In this document: piece after piece, positions 1 to 10,481 of the stretch
Position numbering within the stretch: position 1 is the first letter of the stretch
Layout: every line of letters starts with the position of its first letter
Assembly: GCA_965140585.1 (NCBI GenBank)
Contig: OZ223270.1
Location: 448,001 to 512,000, forward strand
Origin: Spirochaetia bacterium
GTDB taxonomy: Bacteria; Spirochaetota; Spirochaetia; UBA9216
Reading direction: 5' to 3'
Length of the DNA stretch: 64,000 nucleotides
Program-made: the position numbers and the translations under genes
Notes under the pieces: generated by a model
Database searches by the model: none
Told to the model about the DNA's origin: nothing
Seen by the model: the letters and a program-made list of their open reading frames with translations, nothing else

Positions 1-84
1 TATTTATTCATATGTTAACTTCATAATCTAACGTTGCAATATCTTCTTGTATCTAAATTTTTCATCACCAACTAAGATATCATA

Positions 85-1194
85 TTAAATATTTATTATA
101 TCATAATTTATTCTTAATTGATCACAAAGTTTACAAAACAACTTTCTTATACGATTATATTCTTTATAAACATGTGGAATAATAAAAATATTAACTTTTC
201 CTTTTCTATATAAATGTAGATTTATTACTGCTGCACTGCCAAATGTATAAGTATCAATTATTTGATTTTGATCAATGATTAAAAAAAACATTTCAACTGG
301 TATCTTTTGATCAATCTCAATTACATTTTCATATAAATCCGTTTTAATTTCAAATTTTTCTGTTGGATGCTTTTTTAGAATCACTAAATCATATTTTTTT
401 GAATATACCATTTTATCTATAATTCTTTTATAATATTCAACAGAAAGATCATTGTCTTTTGTAGAACCTCCAATATTTGGTGAGGTCAATAAGATTGATA
501 TTCTTTTCTTATTTTTTAGTTCTAACCTCAAATCTGACAAACGATATTGTTTAAATAAAATATCCTGATACTTTTTATTATTAATAAATGAAAATATATT
601 TAAAGGTTGTTTATAGTCGATTTTATTTTGTATTCTTTTTTTTCCTACATATTTATTTGGCATAGATAATCTAATTTCTTGTATATATTTTAAGCTACCT
701 AAATATGATGATGGATAGTTAAAAACATAGGCTAAATTTTTAAAAAAATATAATAAATTTTTATGTTTATTTACATTGACATAATTTGCATATCCATCTT
801 CATATAAAATAACATTTTTCCCTTCTTTATAAAATTTTTTTGCAAAAAAATACTCAAGACCAAACTCTGTTGAGATATATAATTCATCAAATTGATTGTC
901 TATAATGTTCTTATATTTTTTAATTTCATTATTATTAAAATTAAAAAATAAGACACGTTCCAAAAAGGATTTTTCTTTTACTTTATTAATTGTATTAGCA
1001 TCATCTATAAATACTACATTATCAAATAATTTTAATGATTTTATAATATTAATATAGTGTTCTGCTCCATTAAAATGATTTAAAACAATTAATTCATTAA
1101 TATTTTCACTATCTTCATTTACGACGATTGATGCAATAACTAAAAGATGAGCCGGTTGAGATATAAAATATAATTTTTTTTTTATTTTTTTCAA
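85..1194 (-). CDS. Nonulosonic acid (sialyl/legionaminyl) transferase-like glycosyltransferase
   Basis: Bacterial sialyltransferase motifs YEDG and KHP plus a downstream GS; lies in a CMP-nonulosonate locus. Confidence 0.7.
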   Translation of the reverse strand: MKKIKKKLYFISQPAHLLVIASIVVNEDSENINELIVLNHFNGAEHYINIIKSLKLFDNVVFIDDANTINKVKEKSFLERVLFFNFNNNEIKKYKNIIDNQFDELYISTEFGLEYFFAKKFYKEGKNVILYEDGYANYVNVNKHKNLLYFFKNLAYVFNYPSSYLGSLKYIQEIRLSMPNKYVGKKRIQNKIDYKQPLNIFSFINNKKYQDILFKQYRLSDLRLELKNKKRISILLTSPNIGGSTKDNDLSVEYYKRIIDKMVYSKKYDLVILKKHPTEKFEIKTDLYENVIEIDQKIPVEMFFLIIDQNQIIDTYTFGSAAVINLHLYRKGKVNIFIIPHVYKEYNRIRKLFCKLCDQLRINYDIINI

Positions 1195-1250
1195 AAGTTA
1201 TAAAGTCCTATTCAATTATCTTGATGTGAGCCTTAAAATCAAATTATCAA

Positions 1251-2642
1251 TTACAATATTTGTTTTAACAATTTTTTCTCTTTAATTACAATAATTGCTA
1301 TTATTATATATACACAAGTAATTATTGCTCTATAAACAAAATTATTAAAATAATTACTAACTATAAGAGCCATAAATAAATTCAGGATGTATATTAATAT
1401 TAATGGAAAAATTTTAAAAATTCTATTATATCTATTACTAATTAATACGGATATAATATTTCGTACAATATTAGAAATATAACTCGCAATAATAGCACCT
1501 TGGATACCGTAATTGGGAATCAAAAAATAATTTAATACAATATTTACAAATGCTGCTGATAAAGTTATTACTGGTATTAGTTTAGTATTATTATAATAAA
1601 TTGAATGAATATAGATATAATAGAAAGTATTTAGTGCGATAGTAAAGACTAAGAACAAGACATAATCTAAAGAACTAGCATAGGCTTCTTTTACTAATAA
1701 TCTATATCCTTCTTTTGAGAATATTGATATCCCAAAACTAAGAAATCCAATAAGTATCATAAAAATATATGAGGCACGTTTTAATATAAAAAAATTATTG
1801 TTTTTATAATTTTTATAAAACCACGGAGCATAGGATTTATTAAAGGCACTAATAAAAACTAAAAGAATATTGGCAAACTGAAATGCGAGATTATATATTC
1901 CTACTGATTCGGAATTAATATAACTATTTAAAAAAAATCTATCTATTGTACTCATCAATATTCCCGCAAGGCTATGTGGCAATAATGGCAATGAATAAGT
2001 AACTATTTCTTTTATTACGCTAAAATCATAATTGAATTTACAAATATTTAAATATTTATATATTGAAAAAGCCCCTAATATTACATTAGTTATTAAAAGT
2101 GCCAAAATCAAACCAAATACTTTCAATTTCAAAAGCACAACAAAGATCACAATCAAAATAATATTGATTACAGTATATAATAAATTTAAAAAAGCAATTT
2201 GATTTGATTTTTCTTTGGCAATTAAAATAGATTGATATAAATTTAAAAAACTATTTAAGATCCCAGCAACTATTATGATTATCAAGTAGGGTATAAATGG
2301 AATATCTGAATAAAATGAAAACTTTTCGATAATTTTAGAAAAAACAATACAAGATATTAAAATAACTATACTAAAAACAAAAACTACAATAAAAGAGTTA
2401 AAACAATATATTTCAAATTCATTTTTTTTATTATTTAAATGATATTTTCTAACGATTCCATCTGAAGTACCAAATAAAATTACAATGGATAATAAAATAA
2501 AAGAGGAATTTAGAATGCTATATATACCAAATTCATTAACAGCTAAATATGTTGTATATATTGGTATTAGAATGAAGCCACTAGCTTTTTGTACGACAGA
2601 AAGTATCGAAAAAATTGAAGCATTTTTAATTAATGAAGACAT
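1251..2642 (-). CDS. wzx: Oligosaccharide flippase (Wzx family)
   Basis: 463 aa polytopic membrane protein; LIPIYTTYL..EFGIY, IDRFFL..VGIYNLA and LIPNYGIQGA motifs. Confidence 0.9.
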   Translation of the reverse strand: MSSLIKNASIFSILSVVQKASGFILIPIYTTYLAVNEFGIYSILNSSFILLSIVILFGTSDGIVRKYHLNNKKNEFEIYCFNSFIVVFVFSIVILISCIVFSKIIEKFSFYSDIPFIPYLIIIIVAGILNSFLNLYQSILIAKEKSNQIAFLNLLYTVINIILIVIFVVLLKLKVFGLILALLITNVILGAFSIYKYLNICKFNYDFSVIKEIVTYSLPLLPHSLAGILMSTIDRFFLNSYINSESVGIYNLAFQFANILLVFISAFNKSYAPWFYKNYKNNNFFILKRASYIFMILIGFLSFGISIFSKEGYRLLVKEAYASSLDYVLFLVFTIALNTFYYIYIHSIYYNNTKLIPVITLSAAFVNIVLNYFLIPNYGIQGAIIASYISNIVRNIISVLISNRYNRIFKIFPLILIYILNLFMALIVSNYFNNFVYRAIITCVYIIIAIIVIKEKKLLKQIL

Positions 2643-3307
2643 TCTTTTACTTTTAAAACAATTTTTCTACTAATGAGGCTATGACCATAAGAATTAAAAT
2701 GATAACCATCAACTGTATAATTATCAATTTTTTCATTATCCTTAAAAATTTGAACTAATTCACAATTATCATAATTGTTTACTACCTCTTTTATAATATT
2801 ATTATAAATCTTAATATTATACATAATATCTTCAGATTTACTAATCATCGACTCTCCAACAGGAGAAATCTCAATAAATAATATTTTTTTTATATTCAAA
2901 TTTTGAGCTCTTTCACAATAAGATTTTACACTATTCTTGAATTCTACTACACTTGTATAAGTTCTTGTTTTTTTTCTTTTTCTAAGGATATTAAAAATGA
3001 ATATTGTTATTCTTTGTATAGCCAGTGGTAAATTATTTATTATTTTATTCTCAAAATAACTCAATTTTCGCGGTGCGCAATCAACAATTCCTAATTGTAT
3101 TAATACTATAGTAGGATTATAATATTCCAATAAATCTGGACCTTCTAGTTTTAATCTACTCATTAAGGAACCACGTTTAAATAATTCTACCCAATTAACA
3201 TTAGTAACTATATTTTTTAAAGTATTTGGCCAACAATCTTTATATAATACTTTCTCTCTTGGCATTCCCATAGAATCAGTAATTATTAAACCAATTTGCT
3301 TATCCAT
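2630..3307 (-). CDS. SGNH/GDSL hydrolase family protein
   Basis: Block I ITDS, block III QLGIVD, block V DGYH. Confidence 0.75.
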   Translation of the reverse strand: MDKQIGLIITDSMGMPREKVLYKDCWPNTLKNIVTNVNWVELFKRGSLMSRLKLEGPDLLEYYNPTIVLIQLGIVDCAPRKLSYFENKIINNLPLAIQRITIFIFNILRKRKKTRTYTSVVEFKNSVKSYCERAQNLNIKKILFIEISPVGESMISKSEDIMYNIKIYNNIIKEVVNNYDNCELVQIFKDNEKIDNYTVDGYHFNSYGHSLISRKIVLKVKECLH

Positions 3308-3314
3308 TTTCAGA

Positions 3315-4265
3315 TTAAAGAGATCCTTCTAATTTTTTTAAGTATTTTGAAAATTCATATATTTGTTCTTTTAATGTTTTTAAAGACTTCATCCCTTTTA
3401 TAAAAAATTGTACTTCCAAAAATAACCCAGGTTTATATTTTTCATCCAAAGTGTAATCTATTCCACTGACATCTTTCACTACTATAGACCCTAAATCTTG
3501 AATCTGTAATTTTTCGAGTGGAGCAAAATAAAGCCTATGTTTATGAGTTAAAAACTCAAGCCGCCATCGCCCTGGCGCATTCCAGTTTGCTTGATAGTTA
3601 AATAATACACCATTTTTTGTAACACCCGCCCCAGAGTATCGAGCAGCTTGCGGATGCCAATCGATCTCTCCTTGACCAGCACTGTAACATGAAATCTCAT
3701 TTGGTAAACCTCCCAAATAAAAAGCAAGATCTATTACATGGGAAGAATTAGCAATAAGCCATTGCTCTTTAACGCCTTCAGCTTTAGGAATATCTTTAAT
3801 TTTATGACTCCATTCAGTAAATTCGAAATTAAACGATGTAAGACCGCCATCATTTTGAATTATTTCTTGTGCCTTTAAGACTGATGCATAAAAACGACGA
3901 TTATAACCCAGATATATTTCAGCAGATCTTTCATTTGCATACTGCGATAAATATACAATCTGTTGATAGTTTAATCCACCTGGTTTCTCAACAAGGATAT
4001 CTTTAACACCGGCATTAATAAGATCAATAGAACACTGGCATAATTGTTCAACACCTACTGCTACAATAGCTTTTTCAGGAAGCTGTGGATTTGTTAATAA
4101 AAATTCAGACAATCCGCCAATAAAGACATCGACTCCTGTTTCTTTTTTAAATTTTATTGCAGATTTTTCTCCGCGACCTATAATCTTTACAGTCAAATCA
4201 AGATCTGTCAGTACTTTATAATATTCAATGGCCATTGGCCCAGTTCCGATTAGCCAAACATTCAT
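3315..4265 (-). CDS. Gfo/Idh/MocA family oxidoreductase
   Basis: GTGPMA Rossmann motif, VEKP, GYNRRF. Confidence 0.85.
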   Translation of the reverse strand: MNVWLIGTGPMAIEYYKVLTDLDLTVKIIGRGEKSAIKFKKETGVDVFIGGLSEFLLTNPQLPEKAIVAVGVEQLCQCSIDLINAGVKDILVEKPGGLNYQQIVYLSQYANERSAEIYLGYNRRFYASVLKAQEIIQNDGGLTSFNFEFTEWSHKIKDIPKAEGVKEQWLIANSSHVIDLAFYLGGLPNEISCYSAGQGEIDWHPQAARYSGAGVTKNGVLFNYQANWNAPGRWRLEFLTHKHRLYFAPLEKLQIQDLGSIVVKDVSGIDYTLDEKYKPGLFLEVQFFIKGMKSLKTLKEQIYEFSKYLKKLEGSL

Positions 4266-4272
4266 TTTATCC

Positions 4273-5247
4273 TCACGTTATTGGACAAAGATCTAATTCT
4301 TTTCCCAGAGATAGTTCGATATGTGATTGTATCTTTTCTATATAGTCAAGATGAATTTCCATCGATTCATCAAATTTTGTCAAGTCACAAACCCCTTTAC
4401 TAATCAGCTTATCCGCAACAAGACCTGTCAAATCACTTTGAAATAAAAATGGTTCAGTAAATACTTTTGTATTCCCGAGCTCTTTAATTGAAACATTTCC
4501 AGTTGATTCGTTGATTATTACTTCAATTTCGTTTATTTCAAGGATTACCCTGATAGGAGCTGTGCCAGGTATAGATGATGATGTAATTTCAAAACCAAAA
4601 TTACCATCATTACCAATTATGGTACCAGTTATCTCTTTATATCCTGAGCGTTTGCTATCAATAATTTTACTATCAAGCACATCCGTACTAATTGGAATCA
4701 CCTTATATTTTGATAAAAAATAAAATAAATCTAAAAAATGAATTCCATTGCAAGCAAGTCCCCAATTATTACCAGTTACAATCATTTTTAGTTTTTCTAT
4801 ACTTTTAAAATACTCCGCAATTTTTAAATACAAAGGCTGTAATCTTCTCGGGCAATTTACCCAAGCAACACAACCATTCTGTTCAAGCAGCGTTTTTATC
4901 CTATAATAATCTTCAACTTTTTGAAAAAGGATTTTCTCAAAAATTACATTTGAAACTGATTTTGTGAATAAAATTCTTTCAGTAACCAATGCTCTAATAT
5001 TTGCACCAGTTGCTATGACTGCAAGTATAAATTCAGTTTCCTCAATTTCAGCAATTGAGGGATGATATGACACAGAAATATTTGAATGTATTTCATTAGC
5101 TCTTTCTTTTGTAATATTCAATGAATTTTCATTCGGATCCACAACAAAAATGCGAACCGGGGTATTCATTTTTAAGAGGCCTTGTAGATGTCGACTTCCT
5201 AGCTGTCCAGCTCCTATAAGGATTATATTATTCTTCATAAAGTCCAA
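4273..5247 (-). CDS. Gfo/Idh/MocA family oxidoreductase
   Basis: GAGQLGSRH, FEK, NGIHFLD motifs. Confidence 0.8.
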   Translation of the reverse strand: MDFMKNNIILIGAGQLGSRHLQGLLKMNTPVRIFVVDPNENSLNITKERANEIHSNISVSYHPSIAEIEETEFILAVIATGANIRALVTERILFTKSVSNVIFEKILFQKVEDYYRIKTLLEQNGCVAWVNCPRRLQPLYLKIAEYFKSIEKLKMIVTGNNWGLACNGIHFLDLFYFLSKYKVIPISTDVLDSKIIDSKRSGYKEITGTIIGNDGNFGFEITSSSIPGTAPIRVILEINEIEVIINESTGNVSIKELGNTKVFTEPFLFQSDLTGLVADKLISKGVCDLTKFDESMEIHLDYIEKIQSHIELSLGKELDLCPIT

Positions 5248-5981
5248 CCATCATCTACTATAATATTTTGCCCATTAATATACTTTGAATCATCACTTAT
5301 CAGAAAAGCAAGAGAGCCTACAACATCATCCGGATCTAACATTCCTTTATTCGAAGCATATTCTTTATATTTTCTTAAAAATGATTCAGGTTGATTAAGA
5401 AAGATGCCACCTAAAGACAGTGAATTACATCTAATATTTTCTCCTTTACAATACTTAGCAATATACTTTGTTAAATGGATCACGGCTGATTTTATTCCAG
5501 CATATTCGACCGGCATTGTAATGTTTGTTCCATCATAAATTTCAAACCGAGGTGCACTTACACCATATATAGATGAAATATTTATGATATTACCGTATCC
5601 CTGTTCTCGAAAAAATTTAACTGCTTTCTGGCATACAAGGAAATAGCCACCTAGGTGAAGGCTTATATTTTCACAAAAATCCGTATATGTAACGTCTTCA
5701 AATTTTCTACCATAATTCTTATTACGTGGATATGCATTATTAACAATACCATCTATTTTAAGTTTTCTGTCGGTAAAAAAATTAAATAAATCTTCAACCG
5801 ACTTTTCTGAAGTTATATCAATAGGAAGAAAATCTACACCAAGATCTTTTGAAATTACTTCATTTTCAATTTTATCCAAATCAGCAATATAAACAGTATA
5901 ACCAATCTGTTTAAGAGCTTTTGAGTAAGCCTGACCCATCTGACCACAGCCACCTGTTATAATTACATTTTTGTTTTTCAA
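5235..5981 (-). CDS. ptmA: SDR oxidoreductase, PtmA-like
   Basis: TGGCGQMG, NNAYPRNKNYG, YAGIK (YxxxK), GQNIIVDDG; nonulosonate locus. Confidence 0.8.
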   Translation of the reverse strand: MKNKNVIITGGCGQMGQAYSKALKQIGYTVYIADLDKIENEVISKDLGVDFLPIDITSEKSVEDLFNFFTDRKLKIDGIVNNAYPRNKNYGRKFEDVTYTDFCENISLHLGGYFLVCQKAVKFFREQGYGNIINISSIYGVSAPRFEIYDGTNITMPVEYAGIKSAVIHLTKYIAKYCKGENIRCNSLSLGGIFLNQPESFLRKYKEYASNKGMLDPDDVVGSLAFLISDDSKYINGQNIIVDDGWTL

Positions 5982-5986
5982 AATAA

Positions 5987-6694
5987 TTAAGCTCTCTTTT
6001 TGTTTAAAATATATTCAACAATCTCAAAATCCAATTCACAATCAATATCTTGAGACCTTTCCTCTGGCATGATATATAACCCCGTTTTATCTGTAAAGAT
6101 AGAATCGCACTCTAATAGAGCATTCCTTTTCCATATATATATTGAAGCATTCATATCATAACATTTTGGTGAATCCTGACGTCTTAATACTTTTTTCACT
6201 AATTGCTTTGATAAAAAAACCCTTCCCAATTCATCACATTCAACCAAATTAAAATAAGGAGATCGTCTAGCTGGAGTTCCACTTATAAGTATATCATTAT
6301 TGTTCTCTTTAAATTGATGAAAGGCATTTAATATATCTTCGACATTTCTTAATGGTGAAGTAGCATCTAGATCAACATGATATTTAAATTTCTCATTATA
6401 ATAATTTTCAGCACTTAATAATGCATGTCGTATTACATCCAATTTCCCACTTGTATCAGATGCTAATTCCGCTGGTCGTTTAAAAATTACCTCAGCACCA
6501 GCTCTCTCTGCAGTTTTTAAAATTTCTTCAGAATCACTACTGACAATAATATGATTAAAAATATTAGCAGCAATTGCCTGTTCTATCGAATAAGTAATTA
6601 ATGGTTTTCCATTTAACAATCTGACATTCTTATTTTTAACACCTTTAGAGCCACCCCTTGCACATATAGAGCATAAAACACTATCTTTATTCAT
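5987..6694 (-). CDS. neuA: CMP-nonulosonic acid synthetase (acylneuraminate cytidylyltransferase)
   Basis: ARGGSKGVKNKN, TSPLR, RRQD, DIDCELDF motifs. Confidence 0.92.
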   Translation of the reverse strand: MNKDSVLCSICARGGSKGVKNKNVRLLNGKPLITYSIEQAIAANIFNHIIVSSDSEEILKTAERAGAEVIFKRPAELASDTSGKLDVIRHALLSAENYYNEKFKYHVDLDATSPLRNVEDILNAFHQFKENNNDILISGTPARRSPYFNLVECDELGRVFLSKQLVKKVLRRQDSPKCYDMNASIYIWKRNALLECDSIFTDKTGLYIMPEERSQDIDCELDFEIVEYILNKKRA

Positions 6695-7598
6695 TTCTAT
6701 TCCTTATATCTTCTATCCAGGATAAAACATCGATACCATCTGCAAATGTAGCAAGTTCTTTCTTTTGATTCCCCGACAGAGCTTGCAAGTGCATATTTTT
6801 ATAACTAACATTTATATCGTAAGGTTCTTCATATACAATTTCTTTTTGGCAGCCTTTGTCTGCACAAACTAATCTATTACTAAGTAAATCAGCAAAATAA
6901 GTATTACTATCTGTATTAATAATTATATTTCTCATAAATATTTTATTTAAATAATCAATAGTAATATTAAAAACAATACCTGATTGCAATATTCCAATTG
7001 ATGAAAAATAATCATCTGAATTTATATATAGATTTGAAATTGTTTTATTAATTGAGCTGTAACTCTTAATATTTCCAAAAACCCAAATTAGATAATCTAA
7101 CTCATGACTTAAATCAAGGAGAACACCACCTCCCCTTTCTTTAAAAGCACTGTATGTTTCAGAATAGTCTCTATCAGGACGCCAACTTGGTAAATATTGT
7201 CCCGTTTGAATATTTACACTTAAAATATGTTCATTTTCTGAAATTCTTTTAATCTTTTTAATTAAAGGATGGAAGCGTAAATTATAAGCAACATATATTT
7301 GATTATTTAAGGTTAAATTAAAAACTCTTAGTGAAAGAGGTTTTTCAACCAATATTATTTTTTCTTTAACTCTCTCGTTTAAATAAATTAACTGGTCTTC
7401 ATGATCCGAGGTTATTGATGAAATTATAAAATAATCAAATAGATTTAAATTATTTATATCTTTTAAATCCAAATATGTCTTATATTCTTTGATATTCTGC
7501 TTTGTAACAATTTGAATCTCGGAGATTTCATCAATCTCAGAAAGAATATTCACATGTCGTTTGCCTATTGAGCCATATCCAACAACCAATACTTTCAT
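6687..7598 (-). CDS. Gfo/Idh/MocA oxidoreductase (PtmF/ElaA-like)
   Basis: GYGSIGKRH, VEKP, YNLRFHP, GGGVLLDLSHELD. Confidence 0.85.
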   Translation of the reverse strand: MKVLVVGYGSIGKRHVNILSEIDEISEIQIVTKQNIKEYKTYLDLKDINNLNLFDYFIISSITSDHEDQLIYLNERVKEKIILVEKPLSLRVFNLTLNNQIYVAYNLRFHPLIKKIKRISENEHILSVNIQTGQYLPSWRPDRDYSETYSAFKERGGGVLLDLSHELDYLIWVFGNIKSYSSINKTISNLYINSDDYFSSIGILQSGIVFNITIDYLNKIFMRNIIINTDSNTYFADLLSNRLVCADKGCQKEIVYEEPYDINVSYKNMHLQALSGNQKKELATFADGIDVLSWIEDIRNRNE

Positions 7599-8662
7599 AT
7601 AAATTTACTTACCGCGCTTTTATATTCATCCCATTGACCAACATCAATATAATCATTTTCATTTACAGGGTATGTCATTACCTTCATTTCATTTTTTATT
7701 AATGTTTCAATTAAATGTGTCATATGGAAAAATTCATTATCCGGAATATATTCCCAGGCTTTACGCTCTAAAATATAAACACCTGTATTCACCGATATTG
7801 AATATTCCGGTTTTTCTCTTATATTTTTTACTCTTCCACCATTTTCAAACTCTACAACCCCGTATGGTATAGTTTGATGCTGAATAGAAGATAACATTGT
7901 TAATACTGCACCGGAGTCCTTATGAAACTTAATGACATCTGAATAGTCAGCTTTAACAATGATATCACAATTTGAGACAATAGATGTTTCAGGTGTATTT
8001 TCTAATAATTTCAAACTTGCTGCTGTACCCTGAAAAACTTTTTCTCTAAGAAAAGTTACATTATAATCTTTTTCTAACCCATTAAAGTATGCTTCAATAA
8101 GGTTACCCTTATAATTTACAGTCAAAAAGAAATCATTGATTTGATATTTTCTATACTCATCTATAATATGCTCTACCATTGTTTTTTGGCCAATAGGGAT
8201 TAAGGGTTTAGGGAGAACATTTGTAAAGGGCTCCATTCTTGTCCCTTTACCACCAGCCATTATAATCACAGGAACATTTAGATGCTCATACTTTGCCTTT
8301 TCAATCGTTTTCACAGTTCCTGAGATAGTAAATATATCGATAACCTTTCCAACTTTATTTACTACTGGAGCAAAAATAATATCAAGATTATCCATTTCCT
8401 GATAAGCCTCAAATTTTTTAAACCCTTCATCTAATCGAAAAGTTTTTTTATTACAAGAGAATTCTACCTTTGATTCGAGATTTCCATTATTTAAAATATA
8501 ACGCCTAACATCACCATCAGAAAAAGATCCAATTAATTTCTGTTCTTTATCAATTATAAATAATATTTTAGATGCAACTGCATCCAGTTTTTTCATCGCT
8601 TCTTTTACGCTTACATTTTTTTCTATAAGCAAATCTGTTAAATTGAATTCATGCATTACCAA
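7595..8662 (-). CDS. CBS-domain sugar-phosphate nucleotidyltransferase (PtmE/LgaF-like)
   Basis: N-terminal CBS pair (SDGDVRR) followed by MAGGKGTRM..PKPL, EKP, DVG. Confidence 0.9.
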   Translation of the reverse strand: MVMHEFNLTDLLIEKNVSVKEAMKKLDAVASKILFIIDKEQKLIGSFSDGDVRRYILNNGNLESKVEFSCNKKTFRLDEGFKKFEAYQEMDNLDIIFAPVVNKVGKVIDIFTISGTVKTIEKAKYEHLNVPVIIMAGGKGTRMEPFTNVLPKPLIPIGQKTMVEHIIDEYRKYQINDFFLTVNYKGNLIEAYFNGLEKDYNVTFLREKVFQGTAASLKLLENTPETSIVSNCDIIVKADYSDVIKFHKDSGAVLTMLSSIQHQTIPYGVVEFENGGRVKNIREKPEYSISVNTGVYILERKAWEYIPDNEFFHMTHLIETLIKNEMKVMTYPVNENDYIDVGQWDEYKSAVSKFI

Positions 8663-9324
8663 ACTTCCTTAACAATCATAAATGCCTCTGCATAATTCTC
8701 AGCAATAAAACTTCCCCTGTAAGTGGACAATGCCCTTATAACCTTTTCGCTCCTAGGAAATGGAGATTTCATTATTTCGGACTCATAAATTTTCATTGCT
8801 TTGATTTTGTCATTAATAAAACCTGTGATATTTACATAATAATTAGGCTTGAATATTCTTGATTCTATAGGAAATGCATTTTCTGTTTCACTTAAAGTCT
8901 CCATCATCAATATTTTTTTTATTGATGGATAACGAAAACTTTTAAAACAAGATGTTAACACTTTAAATATAACCTGGTGGTCACTATGAGCATCTCCATA
9001 ATAAGGAACATAAATTATTTCAGGTTGTATTCTGTGTATAATTTCGGAGAAGTTATTAATTAATTCTCCAAAAGGTTGTAAATCTACTTTGGTAGTCGGA
9101 ATATCAAGTTTAATTATCTCTGTAAATCCGTATATAGAGGCCACTTTTTTAATTTGTTCATTTCTATTTTCGATAAAATCCTTTGAATAACCTAATGTTT
9201 CATTAGCAGACGTTACTATTAACCAGTATATTTCATCACCAACATCCTTATGCTTAAAAAGTGTACCTCCACAACCTAAGGTTTCATCATCTGGATGTAC
9301 TGCTACAACTAATACTTTACTCAC
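8656..9324 (-). CDS. PIG-L family N-acetyl sugar deacetylase
   Basis: HPDDETLGCGG and HSDH motifs. Confidence 0.9.
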   Translation of the reverse strand: MSKVLVVAVHPDDETLGCGGTLFKHKDVGDEIYWLIVTSANETLGYSKDFIENRNEQIKKVASIYGFTEIIKLDIPTTKVDLQPFGELINNFSEIIHRIQPEIIYVPYYGDAHSDHQVIFKVLTSCFKSFRYPSIKKILMMETLSETENAFPIESRIFKPNYYVNITGFINDKIKAMKIYESEIMKSPFPRSEKVIRALSTYRGSFIAENYAEAFMIVKEVW

Positions 9325-9344
9325 TTCAAACCTCTATCAAAGAC

Positions 9345-10478
9345 TTATTCTTGTGTATTAATGTCTAAAATATTTTGAATGATTTTATATGCCCTTGAAC
9401 TGCTTTTTCCATCTCCATAAATATTTTTCATGGTCTGAATATTATCACCAAACTCTGAAGAAATAGCAGCCCTAATTGCTTCAAGAATATCACTTTTGCT
9501 ACAACTTGTATGTAGGACATTTTTCCCACAGGTTCTTCCAGACTGTCGGCGTCCAACATTTACAACAGGAATAGGAACAGACGCAGCCTCCAGAATACCA
9601 GATGAGGAATTACCAATTATTACCTTTGCGTTCTTATATAACGAAATAAATTCACTACGACTGAGATTTTTATAAATATAAAAATCAGGATGATCATTGA
9701 GTTTTGTAATTGTTGAAATAACTCGTTCATTACCAGGATCGACATTAGGATAACTTATAAAAACTTTCAATCTGCTTTCTTTAAGAGCATCAACCAGGTT
9801 ATCAATCTGGGCTTCAATCGAATACTCAGATTCCTCATACGGATGAAATATTACAACACAATAATCGCGAAACACCAGATCTGTGTTTAAGGAAATAGAA
9901 AGAGAATCAAGATTCATTTTTTTATTATTGATAAATCTATCCAGAGCCGGATTACCAATTACAAATATATTATTTGATTCAATTCCAAAACTTATTAAGC
10001 GAGTTTTATGTTCATTTAGGGTTACCATGTGATATTTAGAAAGCATAGATGTAGCATGTCTGATCTTATTATCAACAAATCCATTGAAAGATTGATCTCC
10101 CCCAAAAAAATGAACGACTGGAATATCAAGATAAACCCCAATTAATGCACCGACTATAACATCTTCTCTATCTCCTGTTACAAAAATAAGATTAGGAGAG
10201 TAGTTTTTTATAATATCAATGGAATTTTGAAGTAAAATACTTGCTGATTTTATTCTACTTTGTGGCGAATCGGAATTAATTAAAGTTTCAAGTTTTAAAA
10301 GAATTCTAAATCCATCATCCTCAATCTCACGAACGGAATTACCATAAGCTTTCGAGAGATGTGCTCCAGCTACCAACAATCTAAGCTCTATGTTCTTATC
10401 AGCATCTAAAAGTCGAAACAGATTAGACAACAAGTCATAATCTGATCTAATTGATGTAAAAGCTAATATTTTTTTCAT
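9345..10478 (-). CDS. neuC: Hydrolysing NDP-sugar 2-epimerase (NeuC/LegG)
   Basis: RSDY, GDR, RHA, GNSSSG, GRRQ.GR, YGDG. Confidence 0.9.
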   Translation of the reverse strand: MKKILAFTSIRSDYDLLSNLFRLLDADKNIELRLLVAGAHLSKAYGNSVREIEDDGFRILLKLETLINSDSPQSRIKSASILLQNSIDIIKNYSPNLIFVTGDREDVIVGALIGVYLDIPVVHFFGGDQSFNGFVDNKIRHATSMLSKYHMVTLNEHKTRLISFGIESNNIFVIGNPALDRFINNKKMNLDSLSISLNTDLVFRDYCVVIFHPYEESEYSIEAQIDNLVDALKESRLKVFISYPNVDPGNERVISTITKLNDHPDFYIYKNLSRSEFISLYKNAKVIIGNSSSGILEAASVPIPVVNVGRRQSGRTCGKNVLHTSCSKSDILEAIRAAISSEFGDNIQTMKNIYGDGKSSSRAYKIIQNILDINTQE

Positions 10479-10481
10479 AGT

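Noticed and set aside
1-84. Start of the next polysaccharide gene
   Set aside because: Too little sequence to choose a start or a product
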